DNA of 63,613 bases, filler included, from Octopus bimaculoides (Eukaryota): the NCBI RefSeq assembly GCF_001194135.2. It is 8 parts of 7 records of this genome, joined end to end, with 100 filler letters (N's around TTAATTAATTAA, not from the genome) between each part and the next. Parts side by side here need not be neighbours in the genome. Positions count along the whole stretch, not along the records: positions 49,169 to 59,332 come from NC_069005.1; positions 59,433 to 60,976 come from NC_068983.1; positions 61,077 to 63,613 come from NW_026361747.1; 5 more parts are not named here. One strand, written 5' to 3'. A program made the position numbers and the translations under genes. Under the pieces are notes generated by a model. It ran no database searches. It saw only the letters and a list, made by a program, of their open reading frames with translations, and was not told where the DNA came from. Positions 49,515 through 61,762 of the stretch are shown here, piece by piece (the stretch's first letter is position 1; every line of letters begins with the position of its first letter).

Positions 49515-50958
49515 CGTATGATACAGAAATCTCATAGTGATGCTGTGAAAACTTCATATTAGAATGAAACAGACAGGTAGGCAGACGAACACAGAGAAAG
49601 ACACACAGACAGACAACTATTGCAATGGTTCTTTTAGATATTTATCTGTGCCATGATAGTTCCATTACTAGTTTAGATTCAGAAATCAGCTACATGGTTT
49701 AGCCAATCAACTACATAATTAAGCCCATCTCGTTTATAAGAAAGAAACAGATGATAAAATCTAAAGAAGACTATTCTGAGATTGAAGTATATTCAAAGAA
49801 ACAGAAATTTATGGTAAAATAAGGAAATGAATCATTGGAATTTTTCAAGAAGAAAAACTAATTTCACCATCTAGTGTATAACACATATGAAGACAACAAA
49901 AAGGCTATTTTAGTTTCTCCAAAAGCTTCAGAGGAGAAAGTTAAAATATATAAAATACAAGAAAGATTTAAGTTTTTGTGGTTACCTCAGCATGTTCCAA
50001 TTAGAATAATGGTATCTATAATGGACCCCAAATATAAATCATATTGTTGCAACTTTCCTAATCAATAGACACCTGAAAATGCTTGAAATATTTTTTTCTT
50101 ATCCTCAAAGCAATTAAACCAACGAGAGCAATTCCCCTTTCCAAATTGTGGCTATTCAGATATTATAACAAGCTCCAATTATCCATTTTCTTCTTTGTTA
50201 CCTCCATTTCTTCTCCCATCCAAAATGTCTTAGATATTAGTAAAGACACATGGTCTTGTGGTTAGGGTCTTACACTCATAATTGCAAGATTGTGGTTTCA
50301 ATTCCCAAGACCAGCAATGTGTTGTGCCCTTGAGCAAACTTCATAACATTCAGCTGTAAATGGATGACCGTATCAAACTGGTATTCTGCTTGGGGGGGGG
50401 GGGGCATTGCCTTGCTTACCTACCCACCTGCCTGCCTAACCTGCACAGTGGCATCACTCAAAAGCTACAAACAATGTAGAGAAGGGCATTGTGATCAGCA
50501 GTGTATAACCACATATGATAGTCAAATCGATACAATGACATTAGTAAAAATTAACTGCAAGGGCATGAGTCCTGCATCCAGAGATAACTGAGTAGAAAAT
50601 GGGATGTATTTTAAGTTATAAGTCAAACTCATGTAATTACAGCATATTAAAGAAGTCTTCATCAATATAGATGATTGACAGATTAATTACAAACCACCTC
50701 ACATGGGTATTGATTTGAAAGAAAGACATATTAGTTTTGACCAGTAATTAGCAAAACATCAAACTATTCTGTTCCACAAAGTTATATTCAGCTGGAAGTC
50801 GTGGAAGACAGAGATGGACAATTTTCCCCATAAGCTTAATAAACTTCATAACAGACAAATCTTTGAGATCGTCTTTTAATGTCTGACTCCGTTATTGGTT
50901 TTTTTTATTCCATCCATGGTTACTAATACTGCTAGATGAGAGAGAGAGAAAAAATGTG

Positions 50959-51006
<48 letters not shown>

Positions 51007-53263
51007 AGCTTTCATCAGCTTCACTTGTAATAGCAGTAACTGAAAGGCCTAGAATTTCATGCCACAACAGAGATTTTCTTATAAAGAAAACAAATAAGTG
51101 TTTCTATGGAATTTTCAGTTTTCAAATTTGTATCCAAACTTTTTCTACCACGTCTACATTTTGCAAAATCAAATTCTAGTTATTCTGTGCATCCATTCTT
51201 CTTTTCATGTGACATGTTCTAATTTAAAAAATTTTTTTTTTCTTTCCTTTTNNNNNNNNNNNNNNNNNNNNNNNNNNNNNNNNNNNNNNNNNNNNNNNNN
51301 NNNNNNNNNNNNNNNNNNNNNNNNNNNNNNNNNNNNNNNNNNNNNNNNNNNNNNNNNNNNNNNNNNNNNNNNNNNNNNNNNNNNNNNNNNNNNNNNNNNN
51401 NNNNNNNNNNNNNNNNNNNNNNNNNNNNNNNNNNNNNNNNNNNNNNNNNNNNNNNNNNNNNNNNNNNNNNNNNNNNNNNNNNNNNNNNNNNNNNNNNNNN
51501 NNNNNNNNNNNNNNNNNNNNNNNNNNNNNNNNNNNNNNNNNNNNNNNNNNNNNNNNNNNNNNNNNNNNNNNNNNNNNNNNNNNNNNNNNNNNNNNNNNNN
51601 NNNNNNNNNNNNNNNNNNNNNNNNNNNNNNNNNNNNNNNNNNNNNNNNNNNNNNNNNNNNNNNNNNNNNNNNNNNNNNNNNNNNNNNNNNNNNNNNNNNN
51701 NNNNNNNNNNNNNNNNNNNNNNNNNNNNNNNNNNNNNNNNNNNNNNNNNNNNNNNNNNNNNNNNNNNNNNNNNNNNNNNNNNNNNNNNNNNNNNNNNNNN
51801 NNNNNNNNNNNNNNNNNNNNNNNNNNNNNNNNNNNNNNNNNNNNNNNNNNNNNNNNNNNNNNNNNNNNNNNNNNNNNNNNNNNNNNNNNNNNNNNNNNNN
51901 NNNNNNNNNNNNNNNNNNNNNNNNNNNNNNNNNNNNNNNNNNNNNNNNNNNNNNNNNNNNNNNNNNNNNNNNNNNNNNNNNNNNNNNNNNNNNNNNNNNN
52001 NNNNNNNNNNNNNNNNNNNNNNNNNNNNNNNNNNNNNNNNNNNNNNNNNNNNNNNNNNNNNNNNNNGGTTTCGATTCCCAGACCGGGTGTTGTGAGTGTT
52101 TATTGAGCGAAAACACCTAAAAACTCCACGAGGCTCCAGCAGGGGATGGTGGCGAACCCTGCTGTACTCTTCCACCACAGCTTTCTCTCACTATTACTTC
52201 CTGTTTCTGTTGTACCTGTAATTCAAAGGGTCAGCCTTGTCACACTCTGTGTCACGCTGAATATCCCCGAGAACTACGTTAAGGGTACACGTGTCTGTGG
52301 AGTGCTCAGCCACTTGCACGTTAATTTCACGAGCAGGCAGTTCCGTTGATTGGATCAACTGGAACCCTCGACGTCATAAGCGATGGAGTGCCAACAACAA
52401 ATGTACTAACAAAGTAAGTGGACCTTTCTTTTTTTCTTTTTTCTTTTTTTTTACTATGATAGAGAGAGAGAGAGAGGGGGGTGCAAGGCTAGTGGTTAGG
52501 GTGTTGCACTCACAATCGCTAGATCGCAGTTTCAATTCCTAGACCAGGTGGTGCGTTGTGTTCTTGAGCAGAACACTTCATCTCGCATTGCTCTGTGATC
52601 ACTTTAACACCTGACGTGTGGTACACCGTACACCTGTTTCGGACAATGTTGATTTGATGGAGAGAGTGAGTTAATGTGCAGCACGACCATTTGATCACTA
52701 TAAACAAATCATTTTGAGCAGGTCATTCAGTAGAAGCTGAATGCTCATACATCATCATCAATGGGGAAGTCCATCACACGCACACACACACACACACATA
52801 TATATATATAAGGGGTGAGAGGCTACATGCATATGCATGTGGGAATGCTTCTTGCATGAGTTTTTGCATGAGTTTTTGCATGATACAATTTGTACAATAA
52901 TGATAGGTTTTCATCTCTCGAGAACAACACATCCAGTAGTTTGGCAGTTTCAACCTGTAAAGACTAGTGGAATAAGAAACAAGCAAAAGAAACCTTTACT
53001 TAAAAACAAGGGTTGGTGACTGGAAGAGTACCTGGCCAGAGAATACTACCTCAAGTTATCTCCTCCAATCCATCCCGGCATGGACAAAAAAAATAAAAAG
53101 GACTTGAAAATAATGATGATAATGACATCCAGTTATTTCCTGTCCAAGAAACAATTTGCATGCTGGGAAAACTCCAGAGTAACAAGTTATTGAATCAGCT
53201 GAAATAAATTGTTATATTCTACTGGAATACTGAGTATTTTCTTCCCATTTGTCAATACGTGTG

Positions 53264-53295
<32 letters not shown>

Positions 53296-53694
53296 TGTTA
53301 CATATGTGAGCATAAACCATTTGCAACAGCTATAAACAATAGTTTATAGGTGTAGGAGTGGCTGTGTAGTAAGTAGCTTGCTTACAAATCACATGGTTCC
53401 GGGTTCAGTCCCACTGCGTGGCACCTTGGGCAAGTGTCTTCTACTATAGCCTCGGGCCGACCAAAGCCTTGAGAGTGAATTTGGTAAACGGAAACTAGAA
53501 GAAGCCCATCGTATATATGTATATATGTGTATGTGTATATGTGTATGTTTATGTGTCTATGTTTGTCATCGCTTGACAATCGATGCTGGTGTGCTTACGT
53601 CCCCCGTAAATTAGCGGTTCGGTGAATGTACTAGGCTTACAAAGAATAAGTCCTGGGGTCGATTTGCTCGACTAAAGGTGGTGCTCCAGCATGT

Positions 53695-54032
53695 GCAGAC
53701 AATTCGTCGACAGACAATTGGCTAATAAGTCAACATGCAGAAGTATCGACCATGGAGTTCATCAAAATGGAACAAGGAGGCAGAAAGCTTCTATACAAAG
53801 GGTATGCCATGATTATTGATAGAACCAGAAAAGAAAAGACTTATTGTATGTAATATCTTTTTATAAATAAATTGTTTTTATTTGTAAGTGTAATAAAACT
53901 TATCCGTAATTTTTATTTTCGTTTAAAAAAATGTCGACATATTGTCCTTTCGGCAAATTGTCCAATCACTCAAATGTCCTGTCTGTAAGTTGTCTGACGG
54001 TCAATTGTCTGTCGACACACTGTTCGTCTACC
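53695..54032 (+). mobile_element. Small inverted-repeat element carrying a FLYWCH-like coding stub (Mutator-like, non-autonomous)
   Basis: Perfect 15-bp inverted repeat GTCGACAGACAATTG (53706-53720) / CAATTGTCTGTCGAC (54002-54016), with subterminal GACA(A)TT repeats. 53752-53853 encodes MEFIKMEQGGRKLLYKGYAMIIDRTRKEKTY. Confidence 0.6.
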
Positions 54033-56158
54033 AGCTTTGGGTGACCCACCTCCAAAACCCAAGGTAAAAATCTAAGTATTATATGGGTAGAAGGGTGAAG
54101 AGAAGAGGAAAAATAGAGAAAATAAAGAAATGTGAAAAAGGGAGAGAAAGAAAAATTTTTTTTTTTTTAATTGAAAGGGGAAAGTGGAAATTGAAAGTGG
54201 AAAGTGGAAAACAGTGGTTTTAATAAATGAGAGGAAGAGACAGGATTGGTGGTTGTTTGGAACAATCAGTGTGAAAATTTAATTGCTTAATTAAACTAGT
54301 TAAATGAACTATCGGTGGGCTTTTAGAAGGAATTGCTTCTACAGTGCATGGGAAAAGAAAAGACATGACAACAACAATGACGACAATGGGAACAACAATG
54401 GTGGCAGCAGTGAAGATGCGAATTGAAAAATAAGAGAAAAGGTTGGGGTTTAAGGAGACAGGGGGATAAGGGTGGGGAGAAGAATGCAACAACAATAACA
54501 ACATCTATCAACATACATTAAAAGATTTAGAAAGAAAGAATAAAAGAAAGAAAGAGTTTTATTAGGTAAAAGCTGAAGAAAAAGACAAAGCATAGCTTAA
54601 GGAGGGTTGGTCTTTACCTGAGGCGTTGTGTAACTTTGGTGGGGAAAAGACAACAACAGCAGCAGCAAAAATAAATACAAAAAAAAAGGGAGTACAAGGG
54701 AACAAATATAAAAACTCCTCAATAACAACAACATTGAATTTTGAAAAAAATAAAATGGAAATTAAAACAGTAGTGATAATGGTGGAGCCGCAAGTATTTT
54801 TAGTGAGTGATGGGGACAGACTGAGGAAATTGTACATAGTTTGGTGTTGTAGGTACCATTCAGAATGGAGTGCATGTGTGCATATGTGTGTGTATATGTG
54901 CACAGGTGTGCATGTGTGTATGCGTGTATTAATTGTGCAACTATATTTCTGTTAAAAAGGACACTCTTTACTTCAATTAATTATGGAAGAATTTATTGAA
55001 ATAACTCATTACTAGGTTAACATTTTGGAACATAAATTATCATGAAATTTTTATGGAAGGTTTAAATTGACAACACTTTAAAACAAGACAGTTTATATCC
55101 TAGAACCCAGGGTGATTTCTTGTGGGTCTATCAGACGTGCAGGTGTATGTTTGTGTTTGCTAGAGTAAATAAATCAAAGCCAACAGGTAAAAAAAGCAAT
55201 AGCAAAAGCTAACACTGGCTGTTCCTTAATTGCTTATGTATTGAAAAGGACAAAAAGAAGAAAAGGAAACGTCCCTATACCAACAGAAGAAACATTGTTT
55301 AAATAATAAAATAATATAGATAGGAAAGAGTAGAGACTAAAAGCACTTTAACTTCAATGCTGTAACTGAAAGCAATTACAGAACAGCTGTAAACTTGTGG
55401 AATAATTTTTACCTTTTGCTTCTTTTGAAGGTGATTAATTATTGTACACTCTCCACCATTGTGATTCATGAATTTTCAGAAACACACTGCTATTAATTTA
55501 TACCCTGTGTTCAACTATTGCCTCCTTGATAGCCAAATGCCCTGTGGAGAGTTTACCGTGAGTACTGTTTTGTTCTGTGACTCCCTATTTTCAGTGTGTG
55601 TGAGTATCAATTGGTTAGAAGTACATGAAGTGGAGTTGATTGAAGTATGTGTGTATACAATTATATTTAACACATTCATGTACACTCAGACATAAAAAAC
55701 ACCTTTGCTGTAGGAATTGTCTCTGAAGAATGTCCTCCTTATAGATAATGTGTGTGAAAACACATCCCTGAGCAACGAATGACACCACTGGACCAAAGAA
55801 CACATATGTTTCTGTGTTGTTCCATTTCATCACCTATGGTCACCATATCCACTCTTCATAACCCACTAAAAAATAGCAGTTCATATCTTCAAACAACAAA
55901 TAACATATTTTCTGTTGTGCGCAAAGCTTAGTCAAGCTGGAATTAATTAACTAGAGGTACACAAAGCAATGCTGATTGAAATATATGATGCACAATTTTA
56001 TATAGCATGTTCTGTACATTCAGAGACATGGAAATGTTTATTTTGATATCAAGTTATTTTATTTAAAAAAAAAAATTTAGGATTACAACATATTTTTAGT
56101 AGAATATTTCCACATTTATTCAACTTTTGTCGACCTTTTCCTTGTAAAAAAAATTTAA

Positions 56159-56378
56159 CACTTTAGCAATTAAACCAACCATATCTGGCCAAAATATTCT
56201 ACCTGCTTTATGTTAAAACCAGCCAGATCAGGCCTCCCACACCTACCCTACAATGTCAATCTAATAATAAACAATCAGATTATCAAAATTTTGAAGGTAC
56301 AAGATAACGCATGATTAATGGAAAACAACATGGATACATTAGCATTACATTTGATAGAGTAATCTGCATGCTAAAAGG
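56159..56378. mobile_element. piggyBac-like MITE
   Basis: TTAA on both sides (56155-56158 and 56379-56382). Ends CACTTTAGCA and (reverse complement) CCTTTTAGCA. Confidence 0.65.
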
Positions 56379-56572
56379 TTAAGAAATATATAGGAGTGTG
56401 GATGTGTGAGTGGTGTCATGCAATATGTTGGGTATTGATGTCTTTCATAGCTCTGACTCAGGCACAAATTGTCTGTTCTTGCCTGGGTAACAATCAACCA
56501 TCACTTAACTATTCACACTTACTGACTGACTGACTCATTCACACTTTTCACTATCTTGGTACTTATCAAACA

Positions 56573-56626
<54 letters not shown>

Positions 56627-58767
56627 ATGTAAGTATGAGAGAAAGAGAGAGTGACAAATGCATGGAAAAACAATTGTGTGTATGTTTGTGTGCACTTTTA
56701 TATATATATATATATATATATGTNNNNNNNNNNNNNNNNNNNNNNNNNNNNNNNNNNNNNNNNNNNNNNNNNNNNNNNNNNNNNNNNNNNNNNNNNNNNN
56801 NNNNNNNNNNNNNNNNNNNNNNNNNNNNNNNNNNNNNNNNNNNNNNNNNNNNNNNNNNNNNNNNNNNNNNNNNNNNNNNNNNNNNNNNNNNNNNNNNNNN
56901 NNNNNNNNNNNNNNNNNNNNNNNNNNNNNNNNNNNNNNNNNNNNNNNNNNNNNNNNNNNNNNNNNNNNNNNNNNNNNNNNNNNNNNNNNNNNNNNNNNNN
57001 NNNNNNNNNNNNNNNNNNNNNNNNNNNNNNNNNNNNNNNNNNNNNNNNNNNNNNNNNNNNNNNNNNNNNNNNNNNNNNNNNNNNNNNNNNNNNNNNNNNN
57101 NNNNNNNNNNNNNNNNNNNNNNNNNNNNNNNNNNNNNNNNNNNNNNNNNNNNAGTATACGGACACAGATCATGTGTTGGTAGCAAGCTGGAAAAAATGTT
57201 TTCCTGGGGTTAAAAAGTAGTAACTTTATCCTACATATGACTGCCACTTTGTGTTGGCAAATAGACTTTATCGTACAGTACTGTTACTACATGTTTCTTG
57301 CTCAGTGATTTAAAACTAGTTGTTTTTTCTTTATATATATATATATATATATATATAATCCAGCAAGAAAATCTAGAATCTGGCCCCTGGAAGGAGGGAG
57401 GGCAACACCAGCACTTGGCTAATACTTATTTCAGCTGAGCAGACTAAAGCAGCAGCGCTTAACTGCTTTTTTTGCACTACTGACTGGTTTCCTGCAAGGC
57501 AATTTTTCCATGGACCAGTAGGGATTACATGCATCCCCACCTTCCTCAGCTAGTTTTCCACCACATTTCTTAAAAATCATGGTAGAGGTCTTGGTCTCAG
57601 GACTACTCATGTCTAGAAACTGAGGTTGGAGGTAAGCATAGAAAATCCAGCCCCAAAAAAGCTTCATGGCAACAAAGGAGAATGAGCAACCAGCTAACCA
57701 ACCTTCAGGTTGGGGTGAGCTGCACATGCCTACCTCAGTTGCTATGGCATTGAGGTAGATCCAGCCACCCCTGTTAACGGGGGACAAAACCCAGATTTAA
57801 AACACTGGATGATATATAATGCAAAAAAAAAAAAAAAAACCCTGCAGACTGTGATACTCAATAAAACAGAAATAAAATTGAAAATTCTTTTCTTTCTGCG
57901 TGGTCCAGTACAGGGTTAACAATTCTTTCTGTTTAAGTAAATTCAGTGGTCGATCTGCTCCTATTGGAATAGTTAAATGAGTCACTCATTAACATGTTCA
58001 ACGGTTCTACAGTCAGAGTGCAGCTGTTTTGCATAATAGACTTTATTCAGGTTGTATCTATTTATACTGGGCAGTGTTTCAGTATCATGTACTGTGTTAA
58101 ACCTATTTCTGCAACATTCTCTAGAGTTAGCTGCACTAACAGGTTTTATAGACTTCTTATTAACCACTCTCTGCTTCAACAATCCATTGTTTTCGTAATG
58201 ATTCTTTAGTGAAGGAGAATCTACAGATATTTCTCAATAAAGATTTTACAGCTTCAGTTGCCAGATAAATTTGATCTTTTCTTTTCATTTCTTTTCTTTG
58301 CATTTTATTTTAATCCTTTTCAATGTCATTTGAATAGTGTTTTTTTTTTGTTTTGTTTTGTTTTTTTAGCTCTATTCTTCAATGACTTTTGTTTAACCTT
58401 TTCAAACTTTGAATAAATTGTACCTCTTTCCAGATACAGAATACTGGAGTGCCAAGTAGGTAAAAAAAAAAAAGAAAGAATTTATCTGATAACCCAGTGC
58501 ATATGTGTTCACTATATTCAATCATACCCCGCTCCACCATTTTTTTTTTTAATGGTTCAGTCAAAGAGAGAGAAGCCACATGAATGACCATTTTCCAGGG
58601 CCTCCAAACATAGTTGAAGAATAGAAGGGAGTTATTCTCAAATCAAAGTCCTGGCCGGAAATCTCGTGGCAGAATGGCCTCCTCTGAAGTTAAAATGGCC
58701 AATAGATTACATTTTTTTTTATCTAGGAATAAAATGTGAACCCTCTGATGTGAAGTTCCTCACAGTT

Positions 58768-59025
58768 TCCATCCATCCATCCATCTTTACCACCCACTAT
58801 TCCTGAGAGGGAGGGTTATGAAAGTAGAGTCCTTGGACACCTCTTCCAGTGAGGTTCCTGAGAGAAGCAACGATCATTAAACTTTCTGGTTGGATTCCCA
58901 AGCATGACCAACCAAGACTATGGATATTATCCAACCATCTTGTTCTTGGTCTACCCAAAGGTCTCTCACCAGTTGGGTCAGCTTGAAGAATCCATCTTGT
59001 GATTCTTACCTTTGACATTCTAATG
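58768..59025 (-). mobile_element. RTE-clade LINE 3' end with (GGAT)n tail
   Basis: Minus-strand peptide RITRWILQADPTGERPLGRPRTRWLDNIHSLGWSCLGIQPESL (GRP..RW.D motif), followed by a short UTR and GGAT repeats. Confidence 0.7.
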
Positions 59026-61600
59026 ACACACACATCTATACCTAACTATATATATCTTTCTTTTAGGTTTTTACTTCTCTTTTCTTTTTTTTATATCATC
59101 ATCGTCATCAACATTTAATGTCCATTTTCTATGCTGGCATGGGTTGGATGGCTTAACAGGAACTGGCAAGGCCAGGGTCCACATTGGGTTCCATATCTGT
59201 TTTGGCATGGTTTCTACAGCTGTATGCCCTTCCTAATGCCAACCACTTTACAGAGTTTACTGTGGTGCTTTTTATGTGGCACCAGCACCCACACCAATAC
59301 ATTTTATGTCATACCAAATATAAATATATATANNNNNNNNNNNNNNNNNNNNNNNNNNNNNNNNNNNNNNNNNNNNTTAATTAATTAANNNNNNNNNNNN
59401 NNNNNNNNNNNNNNNNNNNNNNNNNNNNNNNNACGCACTTCTCGGTTGTTATTCTTGGGTGGAATAATACCTGTGTTATTTAATCTGTTTGTAATTTTTT
59501 TGTACATGGTGTTTGGGTTTGGAGATGGTCTGAATTTTGATGTAACACGTGTGTTTACGATCGTTGTGCGGGTAGTGGAGGTATCAAGTTAAAATACATC
59601 ATTATATTTGGAAAAATAGAAATAAATTTCAATGAGTATTACTTACTCGGATATAGTCCAACCCTTTGTCAGCTATTTTTTGGCTCCATGCGATGTCTTT
59701 ATTTCCGATGTTTTTGGATAAATTTCGGAGCAGTGATTTATCGTTCTCACATGTTAAACTTCCCCACATGTTAAACTTATTATTATTATTATTATTATTA
59801 TTATTGATGTAGTTCATATATATGGTAAATATTGAATGAACACAACAGAAAGCAAGATACACGATTCTTTTAACAATCTCCATTAATTTATCAAATCCTA
59901 ACAAAAGTAGGCTAATCTTAATAGTTTATGACTAATACATAAAAATATTCTTTTCTACTCAAGGTACAAGGCCCGAAATTTTGGGGGAGGGGTGCAAGTC
60001 GATTAGATCGACCCAGTATGCAATTGGTACTTAATTTATCGGCCTTGAAAGGATGAAAGGCAAAGTTGACTTCGGCGGAATTTAAACTCAGAATGTAAAG
60101 ACAGACGAAATATGATAGATAAAAATATTTATTTCTTTATTTCCCACAGGGGGCTAAACACAGAGGGGACAAACAAGGACAGACAAATAGATTAAGCTGA
60201 TTACATCGATCCCAGTGTGTAACTGGTACTTATTTAATCGACCCTGAAAGGATGAAAGGCAAAGTCAACCTCAGTGGAATTTGAACTCAGAACGTAACGG
60301 CAGACGAAATATGATACATAGAAATATTACTACACTTCTACTTGTCCTCATTTCAATACCTTTAGCAGATTCCATTATGTTTGAACGAAATCTCTGATTT
60401 GAGTATAATTTGAATAATTGTTGCTTCCTTCCACTGGTCTGAAAGGCTTGTAAAAGGCCAGGGCATTCCTTTTGACACCTGCAACCCCTAATGTATGCAG
60501 TTAACTTATACCCTGCTTGACATTATATAATTGATGTCAAGTCCTTCTCTTTTTTTCACCTTTTTACTTGTTTCAGTCATTAGACTGTGGCCATGATGGA
60601 GTACTGCCTTGAGGAATTTTAGTTGAATGAACTGAATCCAGTACATTGTTTTTTAAAGCCTGGTACTTATTCTATCAGTCTCTTTGGTTGAACCACTAAG
60701 TTACAGGGACGTAAACACACCAACACTGGTTGTCAAGTGGTGATGAGGGACAAGCACATACACAAAGACACACATACATATATTATATATAGGCGCAGGA
60801 ATGGCTGTGTGGTAAGTAGCTTGCTTACCAACCACATGGTTCCAGGTTCATTCCCACTGTATGGCACCTTGGGTAAGTGTCTTCTACTATAGCCTCGGGC
60901 CGACCAAAGCCTTGTGAGTGGATTTGGTAGACGGAAACTGAAAGAAGCCCGTCGTATATATATATATATATATATANNNNNNNNNNNNNNNNNNNNNNNN
61001 NNNNNNNNNNNNNNNNNNNNTTAATTAATTAANNNNNNNNNNNNNNNNNNNNNNNNNNNNNNNNNNNNNNNNNNNNTCACACAAGGCCAGCACATTTGAG
61101 GTGAACGCCAAGTCGCATACATGAACCCAAAGTTCGACCTAGAATAAAATTGAAGCATTATGAAACGAATGAAATGCCTCTAACCATTTTGTTCGGCGCG
61201 TAAACGATTCTACCAGCTCGCCACCTTTCTCTGCTCTTAAACGAATGTATTTCAACGTGAGGATGGACGATTTATTGCAGAATTGCTAGAGTGGCGGAGA
61301 TATTTGCCTGGCATTATTTCTCTCAGTTCTTTATGTTCTGAGTTCAAATCGCAGCGGAGTTGACTGTTACTTTCGTTCTTCTAAAGGCGATGAAACATAT
61401 ACTAACTAAATCCTTATGTTTTTCATTTTTTTTTTTTTAATCGTCCAGAAAATAATGGCGAATCTTCTGTCGTTGACAGCTAAAGCAATTTTCATATTTG
61501 CAATTTGTATACATAGGGCGTATGTTATTTCAAAGATTTTGACATCTTATCATTCCTTTCCTTCACTTTACACTTTATATTAATCATCCCTAGCAACAGC

Positions 61601-61762
61601 ATGAACAAAAATGACTTACGTATGAAAATTCTTTATGATTTCAAATACGAGAAGAATATTTCTGAAACTGCATGAGGCGCCAACGAAGCATTTAGCCAAA
61701 GATCGGTTCTTGTTTGCACGGTACAGTGTTGGTTTCTGAAGTTTCAGCGAGGTGATGAGAGC
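61601..61762 (+). mobile_element. mariner transposase N-terminal HTH remnant, cut off by another sequence at 61763
   Basis: MNKNDLRMKILYDFKYEKNISETA*GANEAFSQRSVLVCTVQCWFLKFQRGDES matches the mariner pattern LY.FK...A.ETA...N.AF....TV..WF.KF..GD.S. Confidence 0.72.

Noticed and set aside
49874-50068. ORF with FKFLWLPQHVP, reminiscent of LINE ORF1 proteins
   Set aside because: One weak motif, no zinc knuckle, and an AT-rich context.
57431-57787. 118-aa minus-strand ORF
   Set aside because: No recognisable domain. Its end resembles a hAT-Charlie terminal sequence (GGAAAAATTG..GAAACCAGTC..GTGCAAAAAA), so it is probably a decayed repeat.
58070-58260. THAP-like fragments on the minus strand (FSFTKESLRKQW; NSRECCRNRF..LPSI)
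   Set aside because: The C2CH ligands are not conserved and the pieces lie in different frames.
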